This document shows, one piece after another, positions 28,247 to 42,900 of a stretch of 64,000 nucleotides of DNA. The stretch comes from Camelus dromedarius. Its lineage: Eukaryota. The DNA is taken from contig NC_087436.1 in the NCBI RefSeq assembly GCF_036321535.1, positions 104,410,001 through 104,474,000 on the forward strand, read 5' to 3'. Numbering within the stretch: the first letter of the stretch is position 1; every line of letters starts with the position of its first letter. The notes below the pieces were generated by a model. That model saw only the letters and a list, made by a program, of their open reading frames with translations, was not told the origin of the DNA and ran no database searches. Both the position numbers and the translations under genes were made by a program.

Positions 28247-29939
28247 CTGGAAAAAAATAAGAAAAAGAAAATTTAATGGGCTGTATGACGCACTCCACAG
28301 TAAGCTTTTCAGGTACCATGAAATCTCATTGATTTATATGTCAACCTACTGAAGACTAGTGTAAAAAGAAATCCTCTAATAAATACCTATACCCAGTAAT
28401 AACAAAATATATACTCTAAATAAAATTGTTCCTAAGTAGAGTGGATATAGAATACTTTACAAAAACCAAGAAGTTTAAGACAATCTTTAAATTACTTCTT
28501 CATGTATAAATTTAAGAGCAGAGTTATTCTTTTTAAAGAGAAGCAAATTGGGGTCTAGCCAGAATCTACCTAAAGGCTTAAAGTGGTGAAAATTTTAGAG
28601 AGAGAAACAGTTAACAAATGAGATAAAACTTTTCAATGAGCATCATAACGCCACTGCCCTCTGCAGTAGCTAATAACTCCAACCATCAAGCACCCTTTGG
28701 GATCCAACACAGAATTTTAACATAGGTTTATCACATGACTAGGAGATCCACTGCACTCAAAATTGAAGTCCAAATTTTGTTTTTTGGTTCTCTGAAATAC
28801 TTTCAAAATTAGATTAACAACAATGTTGATTAAAATATCTGTCCATATCCTTTTTTTAAATATCCATTAGGTGAATTTAACAACCATATAGCATGCTTGT
28901 GCAACATCACTCCTACCCCCATAGAAAACAGGAGGAATGGAACACAGCCATTTGCCTGCTAGGCTTGAACAGCATTTCAAAATGATACATTGTTCTATCT
29001 AGGCACCAACCTAAGGCTAGAAATTTTATAAATGTTGAGATTAAACTGCTTCTTCAGTATATAATAAAGCATCTCCAATAATTGTTGTGTGCAATCTCAA
29101 TCCTCTCTTTAATGCACACGCATCACATTCCTGTTTATCTCATTAAAACTAATGGTTACTGTATGTATTAGAATGGGGGAAGAATAAGAAATTGTTTTTT
29201 TGAGAAAATTTATGGAAGCATTTAGTTCATCATGAACTAAATTCTAATTATTTAATAAAATTCATATAGGTCTACATATTTAAAACTGTCAAGTTATACC
29301 AAGATACTATATGTATCCTACACTTATCAAGATTCATTTTCCTCTACTAATCTGATGCACAACACACAAAACTTCAAGAATTATCTACTACAGAAAGAAG
29401 GTCTATCTTTAAACATAAGTGACTGAAGAAAATTCATGATGTAGTATTTATTATGCAATCAAAATAACCACTTTTCAAAAGCAGAAGTAACAACAGTCAG
29501 CTATCAATTACTCAGAGGCTGATTATAATTCAAAGATTAAGTTGCCTCTCCCTTTTGCAGTAAGGGATGGTGAGACAGGCTGATACAAATTTTTTATCTT
29601 TACCTGTAATCTGTTTTTAAAACAAGATATCTACTAACATATGTGTTAACAACTAAATCAGAAACAAAATTGGATGAACGAAGTTTAGACCACTCTTCTG
29701 TAAGACACATTTCATAATAGGTGCATGGTATACTTAACAATGCAAAAAAATAAATAAATAGATCCTTAAGTACCCTAGGGACACTTCTGATTTTATGAAA
29801 TACTGAGTTAATTCCTTATTGTAACAAAGAGCCACTGCTATCCAATCTATCGTTTTGATATTGCAGGTTGTCAATCTCATTTGAGTCAACAGGTTTCTCA
29901 AATTTTATGCACACTGTGTAACGCAGTTTAAAAAAAAAA

Positions 29940-30066
29940 TTTTAGGGGGGCAAGGGGTAGTTAGGTTTACTTATTTATTTATCTTCAGAAGAGGTACTGG
30001 GATTGAACCCGGGACCTTGTGTATGCCAAGCATGAGCTCTACCACTTGAGCTATACCCTCCCCTCC
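29940..30066 (-). mobile_element. tRNA-Ala-derived SINE (camelid vic-1-like)
   Basis: gaggtactgggattgaacccgggaccttgtgtatgccaagcatgagctctaccacttgagctataccctcccc is the reverse complement of the SINE head. Confidence 0.85.
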
Positions 30067-30611
30067 AAAGCATAGTTTTGATTAAATGTAATAACCAATC
30101 CTGTTACATGTTTAAAGGAAAAAAAGCTATGATTCTGGCCTTTCTTAAAAAATAACAAGCAAAAGTTAGTTTATATAAAGTTGATTATACCCATGTCCTT
30201 CTCTTCTTGTTATATTCTGTACAGTTTTCCCTCAGGTTGGGATTGCTGAACAAAAAACACAAAGCCTATGAGCCACCTTACTTAGGAATGCTCATACAAC
30301 ACTGTAGCTCAAGAAAACTTAAATTATCCAAAGTATATGTCTTAGGTATAATTTTAAGCTAGCAAATTCATTTTACTTTAGTTCGCTAGCTTTCCTTTTC
30401 TAAGTTAACAATGATCTTCTATTCAAAATAGAAATAGCTAGGGAAAATGTTCATTATTCATTCAGTAATTCTATTTCATATACCTGGCAGTGTGAGGATT
30501 TTTAAAAAGTTGCCATCAATCATTAAACATAGTAGTTCCTACCTATAAATAGTACTGAGGTTCCCACATATCTGCCAATCCATTAGAATTTTCAAGTAAG
30601 TTTTAAAAATT

Positions 30612-30730
30612 AACCTATAATGGAAAAGAATCTGAAGAAGAATATACTCTCTCTCATACACAAAAACACTGAATCACTTTACTGTACACTTGAAACTAAT
30701 ACACTGTAAATCAATTATATTTCAATAAAA
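30612..30730 (+). mobile_element. Very short L1 3'-terminal fragment
   Basis: aacctataatggaaaagaatctgaa...ctgaatcactttactgtacacttgaaactaa...ctgtaaatcaattatatttcaataaaa, same family as 27036 and 34869. Confidence 0.75.
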
Positions 30731-32689
30731 TTTTTTTTAAAAAACCTGCATACACTTTACTTAACTTCTTTTTGCTCATGGTGGAGATGCAATATTGTTT
30801 TCTCCCACAACGGATACATTTCCTTCTATATTAACCACATCTGTTAAGGAAGTATATATGACCACAAATATATTAAGGACAAACACGATAAAGGTTATCA
30901 GAACTTCACCATCCTAACACCTTTTCTAGTTAACAGAGTCTTCACACAAGAAAACCAGGTCAAAAATCAAAAGATGGGGTGCAGAAAGATAAGAAAAAAA
31001 TTTTAAATATAAATAATTTAGTAATTATACTGCTAGAATATCATCTAGTAACAATATTAAAATTTCGATTTTAAAAGCATGGAGCCAGCTAGAAAAGCAA
31101 GCTCAAGTCATGTGGGAAACTATTCTGCCCTTGGGTGTAGAACTAAAAGTAATTTCCTCTGTTTTTCTGTATTTCACCAATTTTCTGCTTAATGCAGAAA
31201 TGAAACTAAAATAAATTAAGATGATACACTGGTGCACTATTTGCAGGAAAAAAGTAGAAAAGAAAGCATGAACAAACCACTCATAATTAAACCAAATTTT
31301 ACATCGAATCTGCTGTAAATAGTATATAAATTTTATATCGTTCAAAAAAGTACTGGAATTTTTGAACCATGATTTACGATAGTGAAACGAAAAAGCATTT
31401 TGATCAGGGAAAAATAAGGAAACTTGATTTATACCCTCAAGAATCCATACCTGGTCATTCCACCAGTAGAAGGAAACATAGGTGATACATGTTGTCACTA
31501 TATTCTATGATAACATGTAATGTGAAACATAAAGCAAATGGTACTAGGAAGCTGTTCAGTAATTTACTCACAAAAAATAGAAGAGGTTAATTAGAAAGTT
31601 ACACATCATGTTGTGTGTCCTTGTCTCCAGATTCATTCATTCACCTAGTACAGACCAAGTATAGGTACTTGGTATACAACAGTGAACAAGAGACACAAAA
31701 TCCATGCCCTTAATGGAACTTACAGGCTGTTAGGACAAATGGATGACACCACTATGTTCAAAGATGTTCATCTATATAATTTATAAACACAAAAATTTTA
31801 GAAACAAGTATACTTATTGAACATGACTGAAGAGATAAATATCTGGCCAATTAAAAATATATTTCAAGTAAATGTAACTTTACTTCTAAAAGCATATTCA
31901 TTCTATATCTATGGCAGGAAACAGCCTATGTATTAACTCACAAAACGTTGAGCAAGACATGTCATCTTTCATCACACTTCAATTGCTAGTTCTGAACCTA
32001 CTGGTACCTTAAGAACCACATTTAATAAATAGCAATAATGCTCAAAACTTATCAAGGTGTAACTAGTGATCTTGGCTACTGCAACAAAGACAATCAAGGC
32101 ATGATGTAATCTCCTGAAGGATCACATTTATTAAACAAATAAATGTGTTCTATCAGAAATCCTATGGGGCAGACGTCAAAGACACGCCATGCTTGCAGCT
32201 GGCCCCATCAATGGAGAAACATGCTCCCCTTCTTACTAACATACTGGGTAGAACATTTGAAAAGCACTGTTTCCTTAATTTTTGAAGTCCCTTTAGTCTA
32301 CCTTTCCCTTTTCAATTAAGACAACAACAACAAACTTAACTTTGTAACAGTCTATCAGCAGTTTGTGAGAAGCAGGAAGATGAGAAAGATGCAAAGGAGG
32401 GGTGACTGAGACCTCAGTCTCCAGCTATTCTCAGCATCTGGGTTTTTAGGCACCTCCAATGTTATTACCAGGTTAGGTTACAGGTGCCTGCCTCCAGTTA
32501 ATCTGCAACTGCCATGAGCCCCACCACCCAGATAGCACAGCATTGGGCATCCATTAACACTGCATATGAAGATCTTTTATAAAAAGTATGTGTCTTAAAA
32601 TCTATGGTGTCAACAAGAGGGAGCAATGAGACACTGCAACTACTCCAATTTCAAGAGACTGAATGGGACAGACTGATATCAAATGCTTC

Positions 32690-33285
32690 CTAACACGGCG
32701 CATAAGAGCACAATATCACTTCTCTGATATCACTGACAAATAACAAATACCCTAAATCTAAACGTGAGGAAACATAACCAACCTAAATTGTGGAATAGTG
32801 AACAAAATAAATGGACTACACTTTTAATAGCATCAAGGTTATGAAAGACAAAAAAACTGAGGAACTGGCCCAGATTAGAAGAGACTAAATGCACATGAAC
32901 ACTGAATACAAGACTATCCAGATTTACTTCTATAAAAGGACGTTATTTGGACAACTGACAAAATCCACATAAAATGGTAGAATAGAGAATAGGATTATAT
33001 TAATTTTAATTTCCTGGTTTGGATAACTGTACAGGGGTCACATAAGAGAATGTCTTTTTTTTTTTTGAAACATTCATTGTAGTATTTAGGGATAAAAAAT
33101 CATGATGCCTACTTACCTTCAAAGGATTCAGGGAAAGAGTGTGTGTGTGTGTATGCATGTGCGTGCAGATACACAGAGGGATAATGCAAATGTGGTAAAT
33201 GTTAATGACTGAAGTATCTGGCTGAACTTCTTTGTAATATTCTTGCAATTTTTCTGTAAGTTGAAATTAGATCAAAATAAAAAAG
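32690..33285 (+). mobile_element. Old L1 (L1MC-like) 3' fragment
   Basis: catcaaggttatgaaagacaaaaaaactgaggaactg...aatttcctggtttggataactgtac...aatgtggtaaatgttaa...ttcttgcaatttttctgtaagttgaaatt. Confidence 0.7.
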
Positions 33286-34868
33286 GCCACAATCAGAGAA
33301 GCACTAACCTCCTGATCAAGCTACTGGCCTGACCCTGCTTGCCACAGAACCTGGTGGTGACAAACCTATTAAAAAACATTCATTGGAGGTGACACGTAAG
33401 AGACTCTAGGGACAGCTTCCTGGCATATCTCTTATGTTCTCATGTCAGTCATTTAAGAATCGCTTGCTGTAGATTTAAAGTTTGATAATACCCAGTGCTG
33501 GTGTATAAGTGGAGAAACAGGAACTTTCATGCACTGTTGGGAGTTTCAATTTGTGCAATCTTTTTTGAAGACATTTGGTAATATCATAATTATAATTAAA
33601 ATGTGCATTTCTTTGAATTCCTAGCCATTTCTAGTCTGGAAATTTATTACATGGGTGGACAATTTGTGACTATGCAAAAATTTGTATAGAAAGATATTCA
33701 ATAGAGCATCATTTGTATTAACAAAAAATTTTAAATACATGTGTACAATAAGGAAGAGTGCTGGTTACACAGAGCACCTCCCAGTCATGCCCATATACAC
33801 CACTCTCTCCCACTGCAAAAAAAAAACTATCCTGTTAGCATTAATTTTGGATGAGGAAATGAGATGTACATTTTCATACTCCCTACCCAAGTGCATAGAT
33901 AAAACAACACACACATATATACCCCCCCTACACACAATTACTAGTGCTAACGGGCAGCAGCAAAAATTCTATTTTGCTCTAGAATGCATTGTATAATTTG
34001 ACCTGTTTCATTCATTACTAAGTTTGGCTTAGGTAAACAGCAAAATAAAATTGCAATATCTAAGTATCCATTAAGGCCACTCACAACAAGTCTAGAATAC
34101 AGGTGGCTTAAAATAAAAACAGAGAAAGGCATATAAGTTAAGAATTTACACCCCAAAATTGTCTCAGTACAATTTTACTAGCTGAAACATTTTAGAAAAA
34201 AATATGCCAGACTCAAATAAAGAAATTTACACCCTTATGGAAAACATGTACTTCCACAAACGAAAATACAATACAATCTAAAGAACTTTAAAGAAGTTCC
34301 AATCTTAAAACCGTCTATTTTGTTTTTGCTAAGAATTCAACTTTTGCTAAGAACTCCTTCAGACACCTCACTTGATCTCATACACTCCCTTTAAGGCAGT
34401 ATTTAAGAGGTGAAAAGTGTCATCTGATGAGAGCACACAAAAAGCCTGTCACAAAAACAAGTCATGAAAGAGGCAGCCATGTATTGTGGTAAGGGCATGG
34501 ACTCAGGGACTGGGTTGCTTCAATTCAAATTCCACCTTAAATGCGAATTAGTGGAAGTTAAACTCTCTGTATTTCAGTTTTCTCAACTGAAAACACAGAT
34601 AAAAGTATGTCCATATAGGATTCTTCCAAAAATTTAAAAGGCTCCTAAGTGTACAGCACCTAAAAGAGTTCTAGGCACTGAGTAAACACTTGATGAAACA
34701 CCTTTACTCCTTCAGGGCTGGGTTACTGAGTGATATTTACAGTAATATAGTAAAACTGAAATAAACCCCTCAAAACAAATACATATTTATAGGCCTTTAA
34801 AAATAAGTATAATGAATCACACATATTATAAGAGATTAATAAGATCCAGAATTTGTAAAGAACTCCTA

Positions 34869-35057
34869 CACAGACATAAAAAATAAACTTACGGTTACCG
34901 GGGGAAGGGGAGAGGAATAAATTGGGAGTTCAGGATTTACAGATAATACATACTATATATAAAACAGATAAACAACAAGGTCCTACTTTAGGACCTAGCA
35001 CAGGGAACTATATTCAATACCTTGTAATAACCTATAATGAAGAATAATATGAAAAGA

Positions 35058-35089
<32 letters not shown>

Positions 35090-35160
35090 CTGAATCACTA
35101 TGCTGTATACCAGAAACTAACACAACATTGTAAATCGACTATACTTCAATTAAAAAAAAA
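34869..35160 (+). mobile_element. Short L1 3'-end insertion (artiodactyl-type) nested in an older L1 fragment (about 34830-35535); contains (TA)n
   Basis: cacagacataaaaaataaacttacggttacc...tagcacagggaactatattcaata...gtaaatcgactatacttcaattaaaaaaaaa; degenerate TSD aaagaactcctaca/aaagaactattata. Confidence 0.85.
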
Positions 35161-35574
35161 GAACTATTATAATTCAAGAACAAAAAACCTTGAAAACCTG
35201 ATTTAAAAGCAGGCAAAGGATGTGAACAGACAGAAGATATATATATCTTGAAGAAATATACGAATGGCCAATAAGCACATAAAAGAAGCTCAACATTACT
35301 AATTATAAGGGAAATGCAAATCAAAGCCATAATGATACCACTCCATACCCATCAGGATGACTATTATTGAAAATAACAAGTGTTGGTGAGGATGTGGGGA
35401 AATCAGAACCCTTGTACATTGGTAGTGAAAGTAAAATAGAATGGTGTAGCCACTGTAGAAATTAGTATGGCAATATTAAATGTACATTTACTACAGGATC
35501 CATCAATTCCACCTCTGGGTATACACCCAAAAAAAAATCTTTTGAAATGTTCCTTCCAACCCTATAAAAGCTTC

Positions 35575-35643
35575 AAAAAAAAAAAAAAAAAAAAGGAAAG
35601 GAGAGGAGAGGAGAGAAAAGGGAAGGGAAAGGGAAAGGAAGAG
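35575..35643. repeat. Poly(A) plus polypurine low-complexity tract
   Basis: A-run then ggaaaggagaggagaggagagaaaagggaagggaaagggaaaggaagag. Confidence 0.85.
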
Positions 35644-38600
35644 TAACAAAAGTAGAAAAGACATTTTTTCCCCTTACCTAAAATGAAATTTAGAAAGCCA
35701 TAAGGTATAACCATCTATAACAGGATTCCATCACCTGTTCTCCTTGGGTTCTATTCTTGAAAATATATGCAACATTTTGCGTATAGTACATTTCTCTGGG
35801 AAGGTGTCCAGTTACCTGCTAACCACTCTACAGGATAGGTGTTTGGCACTGATAGGTCAGATCCCCAAGAAGTTACCATCAATGATTTCTGGTAGGGAAG
35901 CTTGGCTATAGCAGAGAGGACACTTTTAGTGAGGAAAGATACAAGGAAGATAAATAAGTTAACATTCCACAAGGCCTCTCAGAGAATTGCTTCCACAGAA
36001 TTAACAAATGGAAAAATATGTAACCTATGGAAAAATAGGTAATTTTCCGTTTTAAAAAAAACCTACTAAGCCAAAAGACCTTGCAATTTTAAAGCTGGAC
36101 TCAATATAGAGTCCTAACACCCTACAAATAAAAATTTCCAAGCAATTGATGAGGAATCAAAGGATTAAAATTGGTGGAGAGAGGCCAGGCATTGTATGTA
36201 TGCTTCCATCATGGGAAGAAAATATGAGTAGAAAAGAAATATTTCCCTGTAAAAGTTAGGCTCAGTGGGCCTCTCCCTAAATTAATCCTGGTTCAGCCTG
36301 TAGAATGGAATAGTCTCAGAATCGACACCATGCAATTAGGTGGTACCTGAAGGCTCAGGACTTTTCATTAATAAAAGTACACCTGAGAAAACAGTAATAC
36401 TGCTAGACCTTTGGCAATAGTTTAAAATATATGCTTGTTGACTTGAGATTATTACTGCTGATGTTCAAAAGGAGTAAAAATTCTATACCCCTACAAATGT
36501 GAACAAATGTGTACCAAAAGACATGAATAAGAATCTCCACAGCATCACCAGACATAATAACCCCAAACCAGAAACCCAAATGATCACTGCCAAAGCATTA
36601 GAAAATCACAAAATTAGACAACAGAGTCTTATTCAGCAATGAAAATGAACAATCATTACAAATTCAGTAGTGTTGGTTACTAGCAAAAGAAGCCAGATTC
36701 AAAAAGGTACAAAAAAAAAAAAAAAGATTCTATTTATATAGAATTAAAAAAATTTTAAAAAGCAAAATGAATCTACAGTATTTACCAAGATACAGGCTAC
36801 CGCTGGAAGGAGGGTGCCGACAGGAGGGGCTGTAAGAAGGGCTCCTGAAGAGCTAGTAAAACTCTTCGTCTGTGTGATGGTCACACATGTATATTCACTT
36901 TATGAAAATTTAATTTATTGCACATTTATGATTTGTGTGCTTTGCTTTTCTGTAGATATATTACTTTAATTTATATATTTCTAGATATATAAATATTTAA
37001 ATTTTTTGAATGAATGATCAGTTTTGGGAAAAAAGCTCTTCCCTAGATTTTACTCCTATTATCTTCAAATTTTATTTTAACATCAAAATCTTAGAAAGCA
37101 GTGATTTCTAGTCGTTGGGTGTACCATTTCAGAATGTACGTATTTCATACCAAGAAAAGCTAGCATAAGGATGTAAGTCCTGAGAAAACTGGTCTTCTCT
37201 CCATCCAAATAGCAGATCAAAATTTCCAACAATCTTCTCTCCTACTTAGTAAGCAAAAAATTAGGATCAACTGTGGTCCTCTGTTTGGCAAATCATCTAT
37301 CACAAGAATATGCATTTTTAAAAAATTACTAATTATGCAGTGTCATGGGAAAATGCTGACTGTGTACTAGGATTAGAATGTTCCTACTGTTAATTTTTGA
37401 ACTGGCTTCCTTTGCCTATCTCAACTAAAACCAAAATGAAGAGGAAGGAGAGAGAACGGCGTAATTTTTTCCCCACGTTCTCATTCCTTTGTTTGGTCTT
37501 TAATCATTTAACATACATTTCAGTGCCTATTGTATGTAAGCACCGCAGCAGACACTTGGAACATACAGCAGCAAATAAGAAACATGGTCCCTATCCATAC
37601 AGAACACACTACAACAGCAACATGAGGCTACATGCTATGCATGCATATTTCACTTCAAACATGTATCAGTCTTATTAAGGTAGGTGCTATTATCCTCATT
37701 ACACAGATGAGGAAATCAGCTGAGAAACTACCCTGCCCAAGTTCACACAATGGTAAATTTGGTTCAAAATGTAACTAGAGTATAATGTCCATGATTTTCC
37801 AAATACTCTGTGTCAGAATTTAATTACAGTTCAATTCTGGATACTAACACGTGAAGAGGGTGCCCAGGGTATGAATTTTTATGACATGCTGTAAAGTACA
37901 CTAACTGATCCTAAAACCTTCTATGATGTAGTATAGACTTGCTTTGCTTCAGTGAGGGGTCAACAAAAAATCTGAGAAAAACTTTTTTCACTACCCTCCC
38001 AATTTTCCAGCTACTGACTAATTTTTATATAGGTAAAGGATAAATTTTTCTTTGATTACTAGAAAGTGAAAAAATTGTTTTCTAGAGCTATAAATACATA
38101 AAAATCAGGAAACCTAAAGACACCTGCTGTAGGAGCCATACCTCTACTACTGCATACATGTACATAAACAGGCACACATGTGCACATATATGTCAAAAAT
38201 TTGACAATTATTCTTGCATATGCCCTGCACAAAGACAATATGTTACATTGCTCATGACTAGTGTTTATACTATCAATTCTAATTCTGCAAAGTACATTTC
38301 TTTTTGAGTTGAAAAGGACCAAGAATACACAGACTTCTTCAGTTTTCTGTTGGTAAAAACTATAAAAACACAATACCAGCCCCAACCTCCATCAAACTAT
38401 TTTTGGCCAATTTCTTAAACAGCCAACCTCTAACATATAGTTTGGAATTCTAAAGTATTTAAATTCATCAGTCTGGCTGCCTTTTATTTTCCTTTTAAAT
38501 AATGCAGACCAGAACATTTATGGATGTATAGCCCAAATAAGGTCTAATTCATAAAGCAAAGGGTATGATTTAGGTTTATAAGGAGGTAAATTGTTTCAAA

Positions 38601-41600
38601 GAAGCCTGATCCTAAGGGAAAAAAACAAAAGATGTCAATCATCATTTTAAAACATGCAAAATAGGGCAGTGAAGGGAGAATACTTAATAAACAAAAATAA
38701 CAAAATGATCAAAATTCTTATGTTCAGAACGGGGAAGAAAAGATTTCCAGAACGTTTTTTATAACACCATTGCATGAATAAGGACATGCCTTTCTGCCTG
38801 AGTGTTTATACCCAAAACAATACATTTCTTTGAACTGTAACTTAACTTTCTGTTATCATATGTCATATTACAATAATCAAACCTATATTTGTGGTAAAGC
38901 CAGAAACCACTGTGAAGAAGTGGTCTTAACCACAATGCAAAGCTTATGAATGGCTTTCTGCCAAAGTGTATCTGAGCCATTAACCTGTCATGCTACTTTC
39001 ATACACTACTAGGACCAAAGGAGCAGGCCCAGCAGCTGGTATCTGCTCACGCAAGCCTTACAAGGGGCCGCGGGGCTCTGCAAGGGGAATACACAGCACA
39101 GGGCACAGAAGTTGACGGTAGGAAATTTGACGGGCAAACTGCTTTGCCTGGGGTGGGTGGTACTACAGGCAGCCTAATAATTCCACAATCTTCTGAGGAG
39201 ACTTGGCTCGGCACAGGCAAAAGAAAGATTCTGAATTGAGAATCACTGAGAAGTGACTAAAAGTACTGATCATCAGTAACTTGGAGTAAAGCACTAGAAC
39301 AGGAGGCAAAAGCCTTGGGAGTCTGACAGCGGCAGTGAGGAAAACAAGGCAAGACTCAAGCAGGTACAGCCTTAACAGTCACAGCTTGGGCCACTCATGC
39401 TGTATATTTACTTGGTATATCGCTGTGCTGACTTTAAACTACGCAAACTGCAAAGCTGTTGTGGTGTTAGTTAATTTACTAGTTAATTGGCTAGTCAACT
39501 GCCCTACATCAGACTGTCAAACTAGAAAATAGGAGGGGAACAGTTTTCCTTTGAAGATGAGCTGCTCCAACGTAGCAACTTAATTTTTAACATTCTCTCA
39601 CCAACTTCCACACATGCACATTCCCTAAAGACATGTGGTCTCTCTTCTCTGCTGTACTAGTATCACTGAACTTTCCCCCTCATTTTTGCCTTCCATCACA
39701 AGCAATTCATTGGCAAATGCTGTCAAGAGCATTCCCAAATTATCTATATCTCCACTCCCCGATTCCACAGACAAGCACATAGCAACAAACAGAATACATC
39801 TGCTTATATACGCTCTCATTTAACTCTCATTAACAATCCCGAGACAGGCATTATTTCAAATTTAGAAGGGAAAACTGGAGCTCAAAAAGTCACAAGGTAG
39901 GGCTTTCCCCTACTTCTGATTACACACTGATCATTACTAAGGTTGAAGATTATATATAAATATATAAGGAAGCCACGCTCTAGTGTTTGAACCATGTATC
40001 TTCTTTGCCTTCACAAAATATTGACATTTCCCCCTCTACTTCACTGATAAATTAATGCCTATTCGATTTTTTCATTAAACAAACCACCTGTCACGTGAAA
40101 ATTTATTTAAATGTGTTAGAAAAACAACTTCTTAACCTGTAAACTATTTCTCAGCAAACCAGAACTATTGACTCTCAAGGATGAAATGCTGTACTAATCC
40201 AACTAGGGAATATGAAACAATGCTATAAAGTTAAGTAAACCAGGAAAATCTGATTGTTTTAACAACTCTATAACGATTAGTCAAATCTAGAGCCTTTAAA
40301 GAATTAGAAGTATCCCAGTAATGAAGAAAATGCCAACCTGTTCACATAATAAACTGGAGAGGCACCAGGGATTTTATTTTTTTGGCCATAACTTTCACGC
40401 TGGACAAATTTTCTTTTAATATCAGAAGTGTATGTTAGAGAAATACATCCAAAGCTATATGCTTGTATAATTCACATTAAGGTTGACTCAACTGCACACA
40501 TTAACATCACGTTTTCAAATACAAGTCTGTATACAGTATATGCTCACCAAACAAATGAACTATAATAACGGCAAGTCATCTGTCAAAAAAAGACACTAAA
40601 GCAAAAAACTGTCATGAAATCATAGTTCTTAATTATTTAGACCAACAATTTTGAATTAACCAATGATTATGAACAAACTGATCTGAAATGTCTAATAAGT
40701 TATTTTCTAAAATAGAGGAAAAAATTACAAACTGTCCACCAAATGAGCTGGTACTAACGTCACAAATTTTATAATAAGGAGAAAAAAGGAATTAATTTTA
40801 CCAAGTCCAAAGAGCTAAAATGATGATTAATTTTCTCACCTTAATGAAACTATCTACTTTTCCCATGAAGAATGCCCTGCAAAGATACCATGCTATAGAT
40901 AACTGCTGTTGGTCCACAATAGCAATGTACTTTAATGAGGCATGCTGACACTTCAAAAAAGTGATAATCCACAGTGTTGACAGATTCTATTAAGAAGTGG
41001 TATCAAGATCTAAATGGGGCTACAAACAATACAGCTGAAAAGAGGTCCTTAGAAGTTTATGTTCTTTTATGTAGTTTCGTTGAGTCTAAAACTAATTGTT
41101 AGGAAAACTTGCATACATCAGGAGCAAGTCTTTAGCAATTTCACCCAGGCAATTTTTTATAATAACAAGAATCAAATGCTAATACAAGACCTATTGTGTG
41201 TAAGCAAATATTAATGATGCCGTTAACAAATTAACTCCCTGGGCTCTTTAAATGGTAGTGTCTCCTAGGTATGAAGGATAGTTTAAGACTGAAATTAAAT
41301 CCTTCATTCTAAGTATAAATTTGAACTTTGGAATGAAAATTAAAGTCAAAGGAGAGTCATTCTAACTTTTGATTTTTTTTTTCTGGTTATCCATCGATGC
41401 CTTGATTTGGTTCTAGTATTCCTCAAGAAATTAAGCCTGCTAGTCAGGCATTATACTCAACAAACTGTTTATTCTGAAAGAGGACTACTACTTTGTCCCG
41501 GGTCAGCCCTCTTCACTCTTGGACAACTTCCTAGGACCTACATTCTATGCTATTTTCATAGCATCCTCATTTCTCACTTGGCTTGCCAGGTTCTCAGACT

Positions 41601-42789
41601 CAAAAGCACTGTTCACATATTATTCTAAATGGTAGGAATGTAGAGTTAATGTTCTCATTTGCTCAGGTTGCATGTAAATGAGGGAGAAGGAGAGGTGAGG
41701 GTTAGAAAAAAAAAAAGAAGAGAACATCAGAGTGCAAGAGATCGGTAAAAAAGGAGAAAAGACTGCTTGAAGAAGTGTTACAGTCACTAAGTTGAGGAGA
41801 CATAAAAGAGAGCAATGGAGTGTCTAGTGGCCATAAAAGGGCAACTGTCCGCCTCCTAACAAACCAAATCTGGTCAATCCCAAGTATGGAAATGTTTTAG
41901 TTCAAACACAGAGCTTTTCTTCTGTGAGATAGGAGCATAGCTTCTTTCCCTATAAAAAAACTCACACTTGGATATCTCCCATTGTGAAAAAATCTACTGA
42001 ATTGCTCTAACCAAAAAAAAAAAAAACAAAAAAACAACTCCAGCCCTCTCATAGTTATTCTAGAGCTTCAGTTTCCACATTTGTAAAATAGGAAAGTTAA
42101 GTGTAAAAACCTGGAAAGCTGGCTGAAGACTGAATTAATCCACTAAAATACATGGAGGGGGGCATTTTGTAAGAGCTGTACCTGCTAAAATGCTAGCTAT
42201 TATTACATATACAGATTTTCTTGGCCTTTAGATTTACAAACCCCAACTCACCAAAGAGCTAACAAATGACAAAACTGTACATATTAAGATAATCTCAAAA
42301 TAAGAGTACTTCCTTACATACCCACTCATTCTCTCCATTTCTAAATTAAAACATTGATATTAAATAAGAGAAAGGCCTGTTCTGCCAGGAGAGGACAGAT
42401 GCATGTCTTAAGAATCTAGTACTATCAAAAAGTTCATTCATTCAACAAATATTTGCTAAATAACTGCTATGACTAGTCACTGTCCTGGGGCTGAGGATAC
42501 AGAAGTCGACAAAACAAAATTTAAATAATGTGGGAGTGGGGGTGGGGAGGGAAGACTGGAAATTGGCTCCCTGCAGAGGAAACTACAGCTTTTATTTCAA
42601 AAGTGAATGCTTTCAGTGGATTTTACCTGCTCCAAGTCACACTTGTTTTATATATTTATGTTACCTGCCTCTGCCCAGTCCCTAGGCTAATTAAATTAAA
42701 TTTCATGCACTTAATTAATCTAGCTGCCTAGCTGCTACCACCAGCACTTCTACATACATTTTTTTAAAGGATGCATGCATGTATGTACG

Positions 42790-42900
42790 TATGTATTTAT
42801 TTATTTAGTATTTATTTTTAGTAGAGGTACTAGGTATTGAACCCAGGACCCTCATGCATGCTAAGCACTCACTCTACCACTGAGCTATTACCTAATCCCC
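42790..42900 (-). mobile_element. tRNA-Ala-derived SINE (camelid vic-1-like)
   Basis: gaggtactaggtattgaacccaggaccctcatgcatgctaagcactcactctaccactgagcta, preceded by (tatt)n. Confidence 0.85.
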
